A stretch of 64,000 bases of DNA, taken from the NCBI GenBank assembly GCA_963719085.1, contig CAVRAL010000001.1, positions 928,001 to 992,000 of the forward strand, read 5' to 3'. Source of the DNA: a candidate division FCPU426 bacterium (GTDB taxonomy: Bacteria > Oederibacteriota > Muellerivitia > Muellerivitales > Muellerivitaceae). The position numbers and the translations under genes were made by a program. This document shows, piece after piece, positions 27,393 to 38,661 of this stretch; position 1 is the stretch's first letter, and every line of letters starts with the position of its first letter. Under the pieces are notes generated by a model, which saw only the letters and a program-made list of their open reading frames with translations, searched no databases and was not told the origin of the DNA.

Positions 27393-28732
27393 TAGACCAT
27401 CTCCCCGCTTTGTCCCTTATCCACCAGGGCGCAGGTGATCTCGGCCTCCGCCACCACTTGACCGTCCACCAGCGCCTTGGCCGCCAGTTTGCAGATTTTC
27501 GTGCGGAGGACGATCACATCCACTTCCAAGCGCAGCTGATCCCCGGGGTTGACCGGCCTTCGAAACCGCGCCCCGTTGATGCCAGCCAGGTATTGGATTT
27601 TGCTGTTGTCCCCGTCCCGGGCGGCCAAAACCGCGACGCCGCCGACCTGGGCCAAGGCTTCCAAAATCAAAACTCCCGGCATGACCGGGTGGCCAGGAAA
27701 ATGACCCTGAAAAAAAGTCTCGTTCATCGAGACATTTTTAAGCCCCACCGCCCTTTTACCGGGTTCCAATTCCAGGATCCGATCCACTAAAAGAAAAGGA
27801 TAGCGGTGCGGCAAAAGCTTTTGAATCTCGATGATATCAAGCATGGTTTCTCCCTTTTTCTGGTTCGACGGCCCGGCGGCGGCGCTTTTTTTCCCGAATT
27901 TTTCCTCCAAGGCCTTCGCCAACTCCACATGAAAACGGTGGCCGGCTTTTTTCACCGTAATCTTGCCTACCAATGGCCGGTTGAGCAGGGTCAAATCGCC
28001 CAAAAGATCCATGGTTTTATGCCGGACAAACTCATCCACGAACCGAAGCGGTCCGTTCAAAACCCCTTTTTCCCCCACCACCAAGGCGCAATCCAAATCG
28101 CCGCCCTTGATGAGTCCTTGCTGGCGCAAAGCTTCCACTTCCTTCTCAAAGCAAAAGGTGCGGGCCGGGGCCAACTCTTTCTCAAAGTTTCCCGGCGTAA
28201 TCGCGACCTGGACCTGTTGATGCTCCAATCCCGGATTCGGAAAGGAAATGGTCACATCCAAAAGGAGGCCGTCAAAAGGCTCCGCTTTCAAAAACACGTC
28301 CCCAAATTGAAGCTCCAGGGTTTCGGTAATGACCAAGGGATCCACCTTGTCCCCCTGCTCCACCCAACCGGCCTGATCCAGCGCCCGGCAAAAGGAAACC
28401 GCGCTTCCATCCATGATGGGCATTTCCTCGCCGGTCATCTCAACTTTTAAGTTGTTGAGGCCCAAGCCCTGGACGGACGCGAGGAAATGCTCAATGGTAT
28501 GGATCTTGGCGTTTTTCTCTCCCGTCAAAGTCGTTCCCCGGGCCGTGCTGGTGACCCCATAGGGCGTCAGGAGGATCTCCGCGCCGAGATCTTTTCGGAA
28601 AAAGCGGATCCCGCTTCCCGCCGGGGCCGGCGAAACGGTCACCGCGCATTCGGAGCCCGTATGAAGCCCCTTGCCTTGGAAGGAAAAAGCTTTTTTGATC
28701 GTGCGTTGTTGGGGAAATGTTTTAAGCGTCAT
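27392..28732 (-). CDS. lpxC-fabZ: Bifunctional LpxC-FabZ fusion
   Basis: Lpx[20 protein letters not shown]; Fab[28 protein letters not shown]. Confidence 0.95.
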   Translation of the reverse strand: MTLKTFPQQRTIKKAFSFQGKGLHTGSECAVTVSPAPAGSGIRFFRKDLGAEILLTPYGVTSTARGTTLTGEKNAKIHTIEHFLASVQGLGLNNLKVEMTGEEMPIMDGSAVSFCRALDQAGWVEQGDKVDPLVITETLELQFGDVFLKAEPFDGLLLDVTISFPNPGLEHQQVQVAITPGNFEKELAPARTFCFEKEVEALRQQGLIKGGDLDCALVVGEKGVLNGPLRFVDEFVRHKTMDLLGDLTLLNRPLVGKITVKKAGHRFHVELAKALEEKFGKKSAAAGPSNQKKGETMLDIIEIQKLLPHRYPFLLVDRILELEPGKRAVGLKNVSMNETFFQGHFPGHPVMPGVLILEALAQVGGVAVLAARDGDNSKIQYLAGINGARFRRPVNPGDQLRLEVDVIVLRTKICKLAAKALVDGQVVAEAEITCALVDKGQSGEMV

Positions 28733-29765
28733 GTTTTTTCACGCCTTGGATTTTTTCGATGGCTTTTTCCAACTGACGAACGCGTTTCAGCAAGACGGGC
28801 AATTGGCGGTAAGCCGCCACATTTTTCATTTCTTCCGCCATCGGCGCCGAAGGCGAGCCCCAATAAAGGCCCTTCGCCGGGATGTCTTCCATGACTCCCG
28901 TGCGGGTCGCCAGGGTGACTCCGTCCCCGATTTCCAAATGGCCCGCCAAACCTACCTGGCCGCCCATCATGGTAAAGTCGCCCACGGTGGTGGAGCCCGC
29001 GATTCCGGTTTGGGCCGCGATCACGCCATGGCGGCCGATGACTACGTTATGGCCGACCTGAATCAGGTTGTCTAGTTTGGTGCCTTCGCCGATCCGCGTG
29101 GTTCCCAGCACGGCCCGATCCACGCAAACATTCGCGCCCAGTTCCACATCATCCTCAATCACCACGTTTCCCACCTGGGGAATCTTGACGTACTTTTCCT
29201 TGTCTTTGGCGAAGCCAAACCCATCGGACCCGATGACCACCCCGGGTTGAAGAATCACCCGGTTCCCGATCCGGCAATTTTCCCGGATCGTGACATTGGG
29301 GTAAATCAGGCAATCCGCGCCAACCACCGCTTCGTCTCCCAGGAATACCCCCGGAAAAAGGACGCTTCGCGCGCCCACTTGGGCGCCCGCCGAAACCGTA
29401 ACGCCCGCGTAGATCGCGGCGGACGGATCCACCCGGGCCGACGGATGGACCTGGGCTCCGGCACGGATCCCCGGTTCATGGCTTGGGCCGGGATGAAAAA
29501 GCGAAATAGCTTTGGCTAAAACCAAATAAGGATTGGGCACCAACACATAGGCTTTATTGACCCCCGGCATTTCCTTTTCGCAAAGAATCGCCGAAGCGCC
29601 CGTGGATTGGGCGAAGGAAGCGTAGCGGGAATGGGTCACAAAGGTCAGATCCCCCTCGCGGGCCGACGCCAAAGGCGCGATGCCCCGCAAAGACGTTTGG
29701 GGGTCTCCAATAAAGGAGCCCCCCAATTTTTCCGCCAATTCTTTTAAGGAAAAAGACCGGCCCAT
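28722..29765 (-). CDS. lpxD: UDP-3-O-acyl-glucosamine N-acyltransferase
   Basis: [23 protein letters not shown], hexapeptide repeats. Confidence 0.96.
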   Translation of the reverse strand: MGRSFSLKELAEKLGGSFIGDPQTSLRGIAPLASAREGDLTFVTHSRYASFAQSTGASAILCEKEMPGVNKAYVLVPNPYLVLAKAISLFHPGPSHEPGIRAGAQVHPSARVDPSAAIYAGVTVSAGAQVGARSVLFPGVFLGDEAVVGADCLIYPNVTIRENCRIGNRVILQPGVVIGSDGFGFAKDKEKYVKIPQVGNVVIEDDVELGANVCVDRAVLGTTRIGEGTKLDNLIQVGHNVVIGRHGVIAAQTGIAGSTTVGDFTMMGGQVGLAGHLEIGDGVTLATRTGVMEDIPAKGLYWGSPSAPMAEEMKNVAAYRQLPVLLKRVRQLEKAIEKIQGVKKHDA

Positions 29766-29768
29766 CAA

Positions 29769-30308
29769 TTAATTCGCGGGCGAGGCTGATCCACTATCGG
29801 ACGCGGCCGGGGCCGACGCCGGAAATTGTTTGGCGACCTCGTCGGTCAAATCCACCGGGTTATTGACGAGGATGGTTTTTTCCGAATCCAACACCACGTC
29901 GTAACCCTTGGCTTGCGCGACCTTCACGATAATGGCCTTGATCTGGACCAACAGATCATCGGTCATTTGATCCTGCTGGGCTTTCAACGCGGCCATAACC
30001 TGGTTGCTATCCTGTGTGTAATCCTCGTATTTTTTCTTCAGGATATATTCCTTGTCCGATTTTTGCGAAGGAGTCAAAACCGAGGCTTGTTTATCGAAAT
30101 CATCGCTCAGTTTTTGCAAATCCTGTTTTTCTTTCAGAATGCCCTTTTGCTTATCCGCCGCCAAGGCCGTGAATTTATCCTGGGCGTCTTTGGTGCCCGG
30201 ATATTCATTAAACAGCTTGGCCAAATCAACGGTCGCCATCTTGAAATCTTTCGCGAAAGACGTGGAAGCCAGCAAAAACAAGCAGGTGATCAAACTAAGA
30301 ATACGCAT
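29769..30308 (-). CDS. skp: OmpH/Skp periplasmic chaperone
   Basis: Signal peptide, helical coiled coil, KGYDVVLD...DLTDEV; upstream of lpxD; ATG 30308 with AAGGAG. Confidence 0.88.
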   Translation of the reverse strand: MRILSLITCLFLLASTSFAKDFKMATVDLAKLFNEYPGTKDAQDKFTALAADKQKGILKEKQDLQKLSDDFDKQASVLTPSQKSDKEYILKKKYEDYTQDSNQVMAALKAQQDQMTDDLLVQIKAIIVKVAQAKGYDVVLDSEKTILVNNPVDLTDEVAKQFPASAPAASDSGSASPAN

Positions 30309-30497
30309 GAACAACTCCTTAAAAATAGTATCGGCCCTGAGGTCATCCCATCTTGAAGTTGGACGAAGCAGGAGCTCGCCAAGTTTCCCCCGCCGCAAAA
30401 TTCACGGGATAAGAATTCAGCCGATTCGGGCCAGAGGCACGAGGCAGGATTCTAACACGAGGTTTCCTCTGGAACAATCCAGGGAAAAGAGCCTCTT

Positions 30498-30893
30498 TTA
30501 AGCGAACCCGTTCTTTTGAAGGAATTTTACGAGGATTTCATCATCCTGCGGACGCAAAAGGGTAAATTTTAAGCCGTATTCATAGCGGCCTTGGGAGGGA
30601 AAATTGTGATAATTCGACCGCACCACTTCCGCCTGACCCAAAAGGGGCGCTTCAATCGTTTCAAGGGGGAATTCAATCTCAACCAATGAATTGACTTCGA
30701 GATAGTTTTTGGTGGAAAGAAAAAAGCCTGTCCGGCTGAGGTTGGCCATCAAATTATTGCCGTTATGCAGGTTTTCCTCGGGCGCTTCCCCGCTGGGAGA
30801 GCGTAACAAGCGGAACCGGATATGAAAGTGGACAGGAAAACGGGGGGCCACCCGTTGATCAGAAGGGTTCGGTAAAGTCATGGGTTGTTCCAA
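30498..30893 (-). CDS. Stand-alone PilZ domain protein
   Basis: RVAPR (RxxxR) and NLSRTG ([D/N]xSxxG) motifs, VVR and YGLKF strands. Confidence 0.85.
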   Translation of the reverse strand: MEQPMTLPNPSDQRVAPRFPVHFHIRFRLLRSPSGEAPEENLHNGNNLMANLSRTGFFLSTKNYLEVNSLVEIEFPLETIEAPLLGQAEVVRSNYHNFPSQGRYEYGLKFTLLRPQDDEILVKFLQKNGFA

Positions 30894-30908
30894 CGGCTCC
30901 GGAAAAGC

Positions 30909-31931
30909 CTATAGAAAAAGCAAAACCGCCGTGACGACCGCTGTCGCGCCAACCGCCAGAACTTTCATCATCCCCGAAGGCTTATTTTTTTTCGCCTCGA
31001 GATTGCTGACCTTCATCGCGTCAAAGGGACGCCCGTAACTCCACAAATCCTCTTCCTGAATGTTGGGCTTGGTTTGGCTGACCGCCCCGTTTGCCGCTAT
31101 TTGGCTGGGGGCCGTCTGTCCCGCCATCACCGGGAAAGTCACCCGGCCCAATTGCGGATTATAAAGGCCGTCATAAATCGTTTTAGCGATCAGGTTGGGA
31201 TCGGTTTGTCTAAAATCGTTATCGGGCAAAACCATCGATTTCGGGGAGTAGTTCACGATGTTGTAGTTCAAGTTGTTGTAGATGTGGTTGTTCGAGATAG
31301 TCGGCGTCCCGAAATCTTTCAGGTAAAACCCGTACTTGTTGTTGTAGATCTCATTATTCGAAATCACCGGGCTCGAGGTATCCGAGATCAACACAAAACC
31401 CACACCATTGGCGGTGATGCGGTTATGAATAATTTGGGGGCTGGAATTAAGTGCGATTTCCACGCCGCTTTGGGCTCCATAGATGGCGCAGCCGGTGATC
31501 ATGGGCGAGGCCGCGTTACAAACCACCCGGCCGCCTTTAATTAAACAAGCCTGCAAAATGGAGTTCGCCGGGTCGCTGCCATAAAAGTAAATCGCGCCCC
31601 ACAAGGTTCCGTTGGTATCCGGCATAAAGGAGATCGGCTGGGTATTATCGGCCACCGCCCTCAATCCGCCTTCCACCACCAAATTGGGTCCATCCCCCGG
31701 CTTGCCCGAGGTATTGGCCACAAAATGGATCTCAGTTCCCGGGGCGATGGTCAAAACCGCGCCCTTGGCGACCGTAATGTCATTTTGAATGATGTAAGGA
31801 TTGCCGTCGGGGGACCAGGTCGTGTTGACGCCGATGGAATCGTGAATATAAGTGGGACCCGCCGCCTGAACCTGGGAAAAAGTCAACGAAATCAAAAGCG
31901 CGCAAAAGCCAGACCCTAAAATTTTCCGCAA
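30909..31931 (-). CDS. Secreted right-handed parallel beta-helix protein
   Basis: Signal peptide; repeated SPxIxxNxIxxN units; hydrophobic C-terminal tail. Confidence 0.75.
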   Translation of the reverse strand: MRKILGSGFCALLISLTFSQVQAAGPTYIHDSIGVNTTWSPDGNPYIIQNDITVAKGAVLTIAPGTEIHFVANTSGKPGDGPNLVVEGGLRAVADNTQPISFMPDTNGTLWGAIYFYGSDPANSILQACLIKGGRVVCNAASPMITGCAIYGAQSGVEIALNSSPQIIHNRITANGVGFVLISDTSSPVISNNEIYNNKYGFYLKDFGTPTISNNHIYNNLNYNIVNYSPKSMVLPDNDFRQTDPNLIAKTIYDGLYNPQLGRVTFPVMAGQTAPSQIAANGAVSQTKPNIQEEDLWSYGRPFDAMKVSNLEAKKNKPSGMMKVLAVGATAVVTAVLLFL

Positions 31932-32185
31932 AGGAAGCCTCTTGTTGGTTGAGGTGAATGAAAGCGAAAGTTAGTCTAACAAAAGCTTTAAGCTTTGCAA
32001 AGTTTTTTGATTTCGGGGCCTACTAACGGCAAACTCCGCGCGCACTTTAGAAATAAAGAAGCGATAAAGCCCCTTAGGTTTTCCGTTAAAGCGGAATAAA
32101 CTCGGCGGGAACATCAACACCCAAACCACCAATTCGCTTAGGGCCGGGTTGACAATTTATTTTAAGCTTACTTTTAAAAGGTAAT

Positions 32186-32581
32186 TTAGAAAGTCCCATA
32201 GATGGAAACGGCCGCGGGGAACGCGCCGATGGTGGAAGCTTGATTGAAAATAGCGCCATTTTCCTTGATGGTAACGGTCAAGGCACTGCTCGCGTCCGAA
32301 CCATTGTTCTGGGCGTAAAGATAGACATAGGTACCCATATAAGTGCCTTCGGTAATCGTCGCCGGAAGGCTTATGGTCCAAGGCAAACTAACCCCCAGCG
32401 TGGCGGCGTTGCTTTGAATCGGTGAGGCATAGGTAATTGAAGCGGAATTAGTGACTCCCCCGCTTCCGGTCACGTCGTATTCGAGCGTCACGTGTTTGGG
32501 CCCGCAACTGGAACCGCTCAGCGTCAGGCTCAACCCCAGTACCATGCCCCAAGCCAATAAAAAAAAGAAAGTCCGGTTCAT
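32186..32581 (-). CDS. Putative lipoprotein (MmpS-like beta-sandwich)
   Basis: Signal-like N-terminus ending SSC; YDVTGS...SITY...VSLPW pattern. Confidence 0.55.
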   Translation of the reverse strand: MNRTFFFLLAWGMVLGLSLTLSGSSCGPKHVTLEYDVTGSGGVTNSASITYASPIQSNAATLGVSLPWTISLPATITEGTYMGTYVYLYAQNNGSDASSALTVTIKENGAIFNQASTIGAFPAAVSIYGTF

Positions 32582-32588
32582 TCGAATC

Positions 32589-33635
32589 TTATTTCAAACT
32601 CTTGATATCGATGACAAATCGGTACTTCACGTCGCCTTTGACCACTCGATCATAGGCTTCGTTGACTTTATCCACCGAAATGACCTCGACATCCGAACCA
32701 ATCTTTTTAAGACCGCAGAAATCCAGCATCTCCTGGGTTTCACGGATTCCGCCGATGAGCGATCCCGCCAAACGATGGCGTTTGCCGATCAAGGCGAAAG
32801 CCGTGACCGGTGCCGGCGCCGTGGGCACGCCCACCAAGACCAAGGTGGCGTCCCGCTTTAATAAGTTCAAATACTGATTGAGGTCGATATTGGCCGCCAC
32901 CGTGTTGATCATGAAATCAAAAGTGTTGGCGTGCTTTTCGAAAGTTTTCGGGTCTTTCGTGTTGGCAAAATGCTTGGCGCCCAGACGCTCGGCATCGGCC
33001 TGCTTGTTGTCGGAAGTACTCAGAACCGTGACCTCGGCTCCCATCGCCGCCGCCAGTTTGACCGCCATGTGGCCCAAACCGCCCAGTCCCACCACGGCGA
33101 CCTTGTCGCCGGCTTTGACTTTCCATGTCCGCAAGGGCGAATAGGTGGTAATCCCGGCGCACAAAAGCGGCGCGGCGGCTTCCAACGGAATACCCTCAGG
33201 AATGCGGAGGACATATTTCTCATCGACCACGATCTGGGCCGAGTACCCGCCATAGGTCGGGGTTTTGCCGTCTTTCTCAAAGCTGTTGTAGGTAAAGTTA
33301 GAACCCTTTTCGCAATATTGCTCTTCCCCGGCCTTGCAAGCTTCACACTCGCGGCAGGAATCCACGAAACATCCCACACCCACCGTGTCCCCCACTTTGA
33401 ACTTCGAAACAGAGGCTCCGACCTTGGTCACCTTGCCCACGATCTCGTGGCCCGGAACCATCGGGAAGGTTCCCGGTCCCCATTCCTCGCGGACCTGATG
33501 GATGTCCGAGTGGCAGATACCGGCGTAGAGGATGTCAATCACAACGTCCGGCGCGCCCGGTTCCCGGCGTTCAATCGTATGAGGGCCCAAAGGGGCTTTA
33601 GCGGTTTTCGCGGCGTAAGCTTTGACTGTCGGCAT
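32589..33635 (-). CDS. Zn-dependent NADP alcohol/aldehyde dehydrogenase (CAD/YahK/AdhC-like)
   Basis: GICHSD, GHEIVG, structural Zn cysteines, GLGGLG, KYRFVID; ATG 33635 with GGAGG. Confidence 0.93.
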   Translation of the reverse strand: MPTVKAYAAKTAKAPLGPHTIERREPGAPDVVIDILYAGICHSDIHQVREEWGPGTFPMVPGHEIVGKVTKVGASVSKFKVGDTVGVGCFVDSCRECEACKAGEEQYCEKGSNFTYNSFEKDGKTPTYGGYSAQIVVDEKYVLRIPEGIPLEAAAPLLCAGITTYSPLRTWKVKAGDKVAVVGLGGLGHMAVKLAAAMGAEVTVLSTSDNKQADAERLGAKHFANTKDPKTFEKHANTFDFMINTVAANIDLNQYLNLLKRDATLVLVGVPTAPAPVTAFALIGKRHRLAGSLIGGIRETQEMLDFCGLKKIGSDVEVISVDKVNEAYDRVVKGDVKYRFVIDIKSLK

Positions 33636-33684
33636 GAATATCCTCCGGAAGATGGTTGATTTTGGAAGGCTAACACTGAAGCGG

Positions 33685-33969
33685 TTAAAAAAGCAAAGGG
33701 ATACAAAAATAAAACCAATCAATGAGAAATTCGTTCAAAGTGTTTAGATCGAAAACCCCGACCGAATGGCTTTTTAAATACTTTTCAAATTCAACAGCCT
33801 TTAAATCATCGTCGAACCAGACAACCACTTCCAGTTTCCATGGCTTAAATTTTGACGTATGGGGCGACTTGCCGGTGTTGTGTTCCGTCAGCCGTTTCTT
33901 GAAGTCTTGCGAAGAACCTACATAGGTTTGGTCAGGGTGTTGAATACTGCGAATAATATCGACGTACAT
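33685..33969 (-). pseudogene. Small GIY-YIG nuclease, probably decayed
   Basis: YVG, RLTEHN, EFEKYLKS present; first motif Tyr appears as Asp; restoring 1 nt near 33762 gives the family-like tail SGRGFRSKHF. Confidence 0.65.
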
Positions 33970-34032
33970 GAATGAGTCCTACTATTAACCATAGCCCCTT
34001 TAGGGGCCTAATAAAAAAAGCGAGGCAAAATC

Positions 34033-34152
34033 GCCCCGCTTCGTTCCCTCACAAGGGAACTACGCCGGGCAGTCTCCGCATAACGCTACCGTTTGGTAAC
34101 GCGAATACCGAAGACTGGCTTGCCAGGCGTAGCCCCCCATAGGGGCGGAGAC
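34033..34152. repeat. Inverted pair of CTACGCC.GGCA hairpin repeats (family C) between GIY-YIG and the tmRNA 3' end
   Basis: CTTCG-hairpin-CTACGCCGGGCA and TGCCAGGCGTAGC-hairpin-GCGGAG. Confidence 0.6.
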
Positions 34153-34495
34153 TGGTGGAGGTGGTGGGAATCGAACCCACGTCCTGAAAAACATCCGTAA
34201 AGGGCCCTACGTGCGTAGCTCCGGAATGAATCTCGCTCTCCGCTCGCTCCCGAGCGGCCGGCGGAGAGCCAGTCCCATTGGTTCTCGTCCGTTCGTCGGT
34301 GGAACAAACCCGTCACGGACCAGCCTACTGCTTACGTTCCATCCCCTTAATAGGCATCAAGGGTGAAACGCTAACCGCTTTAAGCGGCCAGAGCTAACTG
34401 GTTATCGGCAGTTAAACCGTTGCCATGTTTGACGAGCGATGGCGCCTCGACACGCTCCCTAAAGTTCAGTTCCCCAGTCGAAACCGGTCACCCCC
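34153..34495 (-). ncRNA. ssrA: tmRNA, tag peptide ADNQLALAA
   Basis: 5' GGGGGTGACCGGTTTCGAC; 3' GGTTCGATTCCCACCACCTCCACCA; tag ORF GCC GAT AAC CAG TTA GCT CTG GCC GCT TAA at 34409-34380. Confidence 0.96.
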
Positions 34496-34537
34496 ATGAA
34501 ATGTTCCACGAAATGTCCAAAACAGACATTTCATGAT

Positions 34538-34676
34538 CCCCTGTTCTGTCTGGCGCAGCGTTAGCGGAGCCGGACGTTTTGAACAGGGGGCACAAAAATT
34601 ATCCTACAGAAGCTTGAAATGTCCCCCGAAGCCCCCACGCAGCGTTAGCGGAGTGGAAATGGGGCGAAGGGGGACA
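34538..34676. repeat. Two long hairpins sharing the core CGCAGCGTTAGCGGAG (family C-related)
   Basis: Identical 16-mer at 34554-34569 and 34638-34653, each within a different outer stem. Confidence 0.7.
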
Positions 34677-34722
34677 CTTTGTCTCTCGAGGAAAACTCAG
34701 TCCTCGAGAGCAGCTGTTCATC

Positions 34723-35019
34723 CTAAGGTTTAATCCCGATTTTCTCAAGGATGGCGGGCACATCTTCCAAAGAAACCTGCTTGAACCAGACATTCTCAGG
34801 ATAAAACAGCACATTCGCCCCTTGCTCGCAGACGTCCAAGCAATAGGTTTTAGACACCCGGATCTTTCCGGCCAGCCCCGCCTTTTTGACAGCGTCCTTA
34901 AAGGCCGCGGCAAGTTCCTTCCCGCAAAAGCTGGATCCACAAGCCACGCGCTCCCCTGCCGGACGCTCATTGACGCAAACCATTAGATACTTTTCAAATT
35001 CGGGTTTTGAGGATTCCAA
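34723..35019 (-). CDS. Thioredoxin-like [2Fe-2S] ferredoxin
   Basis: VCVNER...CG...CLDVCEQG...YPENVWF. Confidence 0.85.
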   Translation of the reverse strand: MESSKPEFEKYLMVCVNERPAGERVACGSSFCGKELAAAFKDAVKKAGLAGKIRVSKTYCLDVCEQGANVLFYPENVWFKQVSLEDVPAILEKIGIKP

Positions 35020-35054
35020 TCTTTGCCTCCAATGAAATGATAAGAGGCAAAGAT

Positions 35055-35132
35055 TGCCTGGCGTAGCTCAGCGAAGCCGGGCACATCGAACGACACCCCT
35101 CACCCTAGCCCTCTCCCGCAAGGGGCGAGGGG
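35055..35132. repeat. Family C repeat plus CCCCTCACCCTAGCCCTCTCCC...GGGGCGAGGG REP-like palindrome
   Basis: TGCCTGGCGTAGCTCAGCGAAGCCGGG at ~35055-35081; second element 35096-35132. Confidence 0.65.
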
Positions 35133-35145
35133 ATAAAAAAGCAAC

Positions 35146-35559
35146 CTATTCCCCCATGACCTTAATCAAAAGACGTTTCTTGCGTTGGCCGTCAAACTCG
35201 GCGTAATAGACCTGCTGCCAGGGCCCCAAGTCCAATTTTCCCGCGGTCACGGGCACTACGACCTCATGATGCACCAAAAGGCTTTTCAAATGGGAATCCC
35301 CGTTGGTTTCGCCGGTTTGGTGATGCCGGTAGCCTTCTTTATAAGGAGCCAGCTTTTCCAGCCACTCGTCAATGTCGGCGATGAGCCCGCTTTCGGCGTC
35401 ATTCACGTAAACCCCGGCGGTGATATGCATGGCGGAAACCAAAATCATGCCCTCTTGAATGCCGCTCTTCTTGAGGGCCTTCTCGACTTCACCCGTAATG
35501 TTGATGTATTCGCGGTGGTTTTTGGTGTTGAACCAAAGGTACTCGGTGTGAAATTTCAC
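35146..35559 (-). CDS. yjbQ: YjbQ/UPF0047 family protein
   Basis: HITAG, YRHH, NGDSHLK, LGPWQ, EFDG; GTG 35559 with GAGG RBS. Confidence 0.9.
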   Translation of the reverse strand: MKFHTEYLWFNTKNHREYINITGEVEKALKKSGIQEGMILVSAMHITAGVYVNDAESGLIADIDEWLEKLAPYKEGYRHHQTGETNGDSHLKSLLVHHEVVVPVTAGKLDLGPWQQVYYAEFDGQRKKRLLIKVMGE

Positions 35560-35572
35560 AAAAACCTCAATC

Positions 35573-35668
35573 AAAGGCATTTTGCATTGATGAACGTAGA
35601 TGGACGCAGATTTTCAAAAGATTCATAATCCATTTTTATCGGCGTTCATCTGCGTTCATCATTGTAAA
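35573..35668. repeat. Palindromic repeat family A (short form)
   Basis: GCATTGATGAACGTAGATGGACGCAGAT...ATCGGCGTTCATCTGCGTTCATCATTGT. Confidence 0.8.
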
Positions 35669-35679
35669 AAAAATTTTGC

Positions 35680-36096
35680 TTAAATGCTTGGGGAGATCGG
35701 TTCTTCCTCAAATTGGGACGAAGCGTCCAAGACCCAAGACCGCATGGAAGCGAACTTGCCCTTTTGGATCGACATGATCACATAGGAGAACCCGGGCCAA
35801 GCGGCTTGGCGATCCGTCTCCGACGCCTTGTCCGGATGATCGGGATGCGAATGAAAGATGCCGAGGACATCCAGACCCTTTTGACGAGCCAAGGCTTCCC
35901 CCTTGAGGTAATCCTTCGGGTCCATGTCATAGCGGGTTTCGGGTTTGAGCTTATTCAGGTTTCCGCATTCGAAAACCTCAGTGACAACCCGTTCAGGCGA
36001 GGACTTGCCCAACATTAATCCGCAGATTTCATGCGGGAAACCCCGTTCCCCAATACCCGTCATCTCGGCTTCAGCTTTTTTCTCAAAACGGATCAT
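35680..36096 (-). CDS. JAB/Mov34 (M67) metallopeptidase, Mec-like
   Basis: PHEICG, FHSHPDHP...SETD JAMM motif; ATGA overlap with cysM. Confidence 0.9.
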   Translation of the reverse strand: MIRFEKKAEAEMTGIGERGFPHEICGLMLGKSSPERVVTEVFECGNLNKLKPETRYDMDPKDYLKGEALARQKGLDVLGIFHSHPDHPDKASETDRQAAWPGFSYVIMSIQKGKFASMRSWVLDASSQFEEEPISPSI

Positions 36097-37025
36097 GAAA
36101 CACCCTGTTCCCACACGCGAGTGGAAAGATATTTATCCCCCGAATCCGGGAAAACCGTCACGATACAGCCTTGCTTGATTTCCTTGGCCAATTTTATGCA
36201 GCCGTCCATGGCGCCGCCGCTGGAAAGGCCCACTAAAAGCCCTTCCTTCCGCGCCAAGCGCTGAACCCACTCGTAAGATTCTTCCGTGTCCATGGCGATC
36301 TTAAAGTCAAAACCATGGGTGTCGTAAATGCCGGGCACAATGGAAGAAGCCATGTGTTTCAAACCTTCCAAACCGTGGAAAGGCTCCGCCGGTTCCAATG
36401 CCACAATTTTCACGGAGGGTTTGAGCTCCCTGAGCCGTTTGCCCGTTCCCATCAAGGTTCCGCTGGTTCCGATCCCCGCCGCGAAGTGGGTGATCTCATC
36501 CCCCACGCATTCCATAATTTCCTCAGCCGTGGTCAGGTAATGGGCTTTGGGGTTTTCGGGGTTGTTGTACTGATCGGGAACATAATATTTTTCGGGGCTC
36601 CGCTTATACATTTCACGGGCCAGCCGGATCGCCCCGTCGGAACCGTCCATCGGACTGGAATATTCCACCTGGGCGTTAAAAGATTTGAGAATGCGTTTGC
36701 GCTCATCACTGACATTGGCCGGCATGGCAAGCAATACCTTATAGCCCAGGGCCGCGCCGATCATGGCGTAAGCGATGCCCGTGTTGCCCGAGGTCGCGTC
36801 CAAGATAATTTTATCGTGGGTGAGCAGACCCGAGCGGATACCTTCCTGGATCATGCGGACCGCCGGACGGTCCTTGACCGAACCGCCGGGATTAAACGAT
36901 TCGAGCTTGGCGAAAAGCTTAACGCCGGCGACCCCGTGCGAATGGATCTGAACCAGCGGGGTTCGCCCCACCAATTCGGTGACTCGCTCGTAAATCCTGG
37001 GTGCGGCGGCGGATGCCAAGCTCAA
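36093..37025 (-). CDS. cysM: PLP-dependent cysteine synthase (CysM-like)
   Basis: NPGGSVKDR, ATSGNTG, GIGTSGT, PDSGDKYLS. Confidence 0.9.
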   Translation of the reverse strand: MSLASAAAPRIYERVTELVGRTPLVQIHSHGVAGVKLFAKLESFNPGGSVKDRPAVRMIQEGIRSGLLTHDKIILDATSGNTGIAYAMIGAALGYKVLLAMPANVSDERKRILKSFNAQVEYSSPMDGSDGAIRLAREMYKRSPEKYYVPDQYNNPENPKAHYLTTAEEIMECVGDEITHFAAGIGTSGTLMGTGKRLRELKPSVKIVALEPAEPFHGLEGLKHMASSIVPGIYDTHGFDFKIAMDTEESYEWVQRLARKEGLLVGLSSGGAMDGCIKLAKEIKQGCIVTVFPDSGDKYLSTRVWEQGVS

Positions 37026-37036
37026 TGCGTCCTCGA

Positions 37037-38371
<1,335 letters not shown>

Positions 38372-38411
38372 CTATCCCCCGGCTCCACGGCAAGGACAAC
38401 AACACAAAAAC

Positions 38412-38648
38412 AAAGGCATTTTGCATTGATCAAGGCGGATAAATGCGGATGATACTTTTTGGAACTGCATACTTGGCAAACAAGACTTGTCTTGGCCGTC
38501 ATTGCGGTGAAATTGCTTCATCGCTAAAACCATTGAACGATGTTCCGCCCAATGACGTAGGGACGGTTTACCTATAGCGCTTTCCCCAATGCGTAGTTCT
38601 GTATTTTTTATCGGCTTTCATCCGCCTTGATCAATGCAAAATGCCTTT
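38412..38648. repeat. Family A element with perfect 29-bp inverted arms and a foldback interior
   Basis: AAAGGCATTTTGCATTGATCAAGGCGGAT (38412-38440) is the exact reverse complement of 38620-38648. Confidence 0.85.
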
Positions 38649-38661
38649 TTTGCGGTGAATT

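Noticed and set aside
32186..34152. Integrative island at the tmRNA 3' end
   Set aside because: No integrase and no duplicated tmRNA 3' end (att) found in the window
34086..34316. 76-aa ORF (also 34533-34733 and 34599-34970)
   Set aside because: Overlap tmRNA, hairpin repeats or the ferredoxin gene; no protein signature
35560..35580. ATG start of yjbQ at 35580
   Set aside because: Falls inside a family A repeat; GTG 35559 has an RBS and fits the family start
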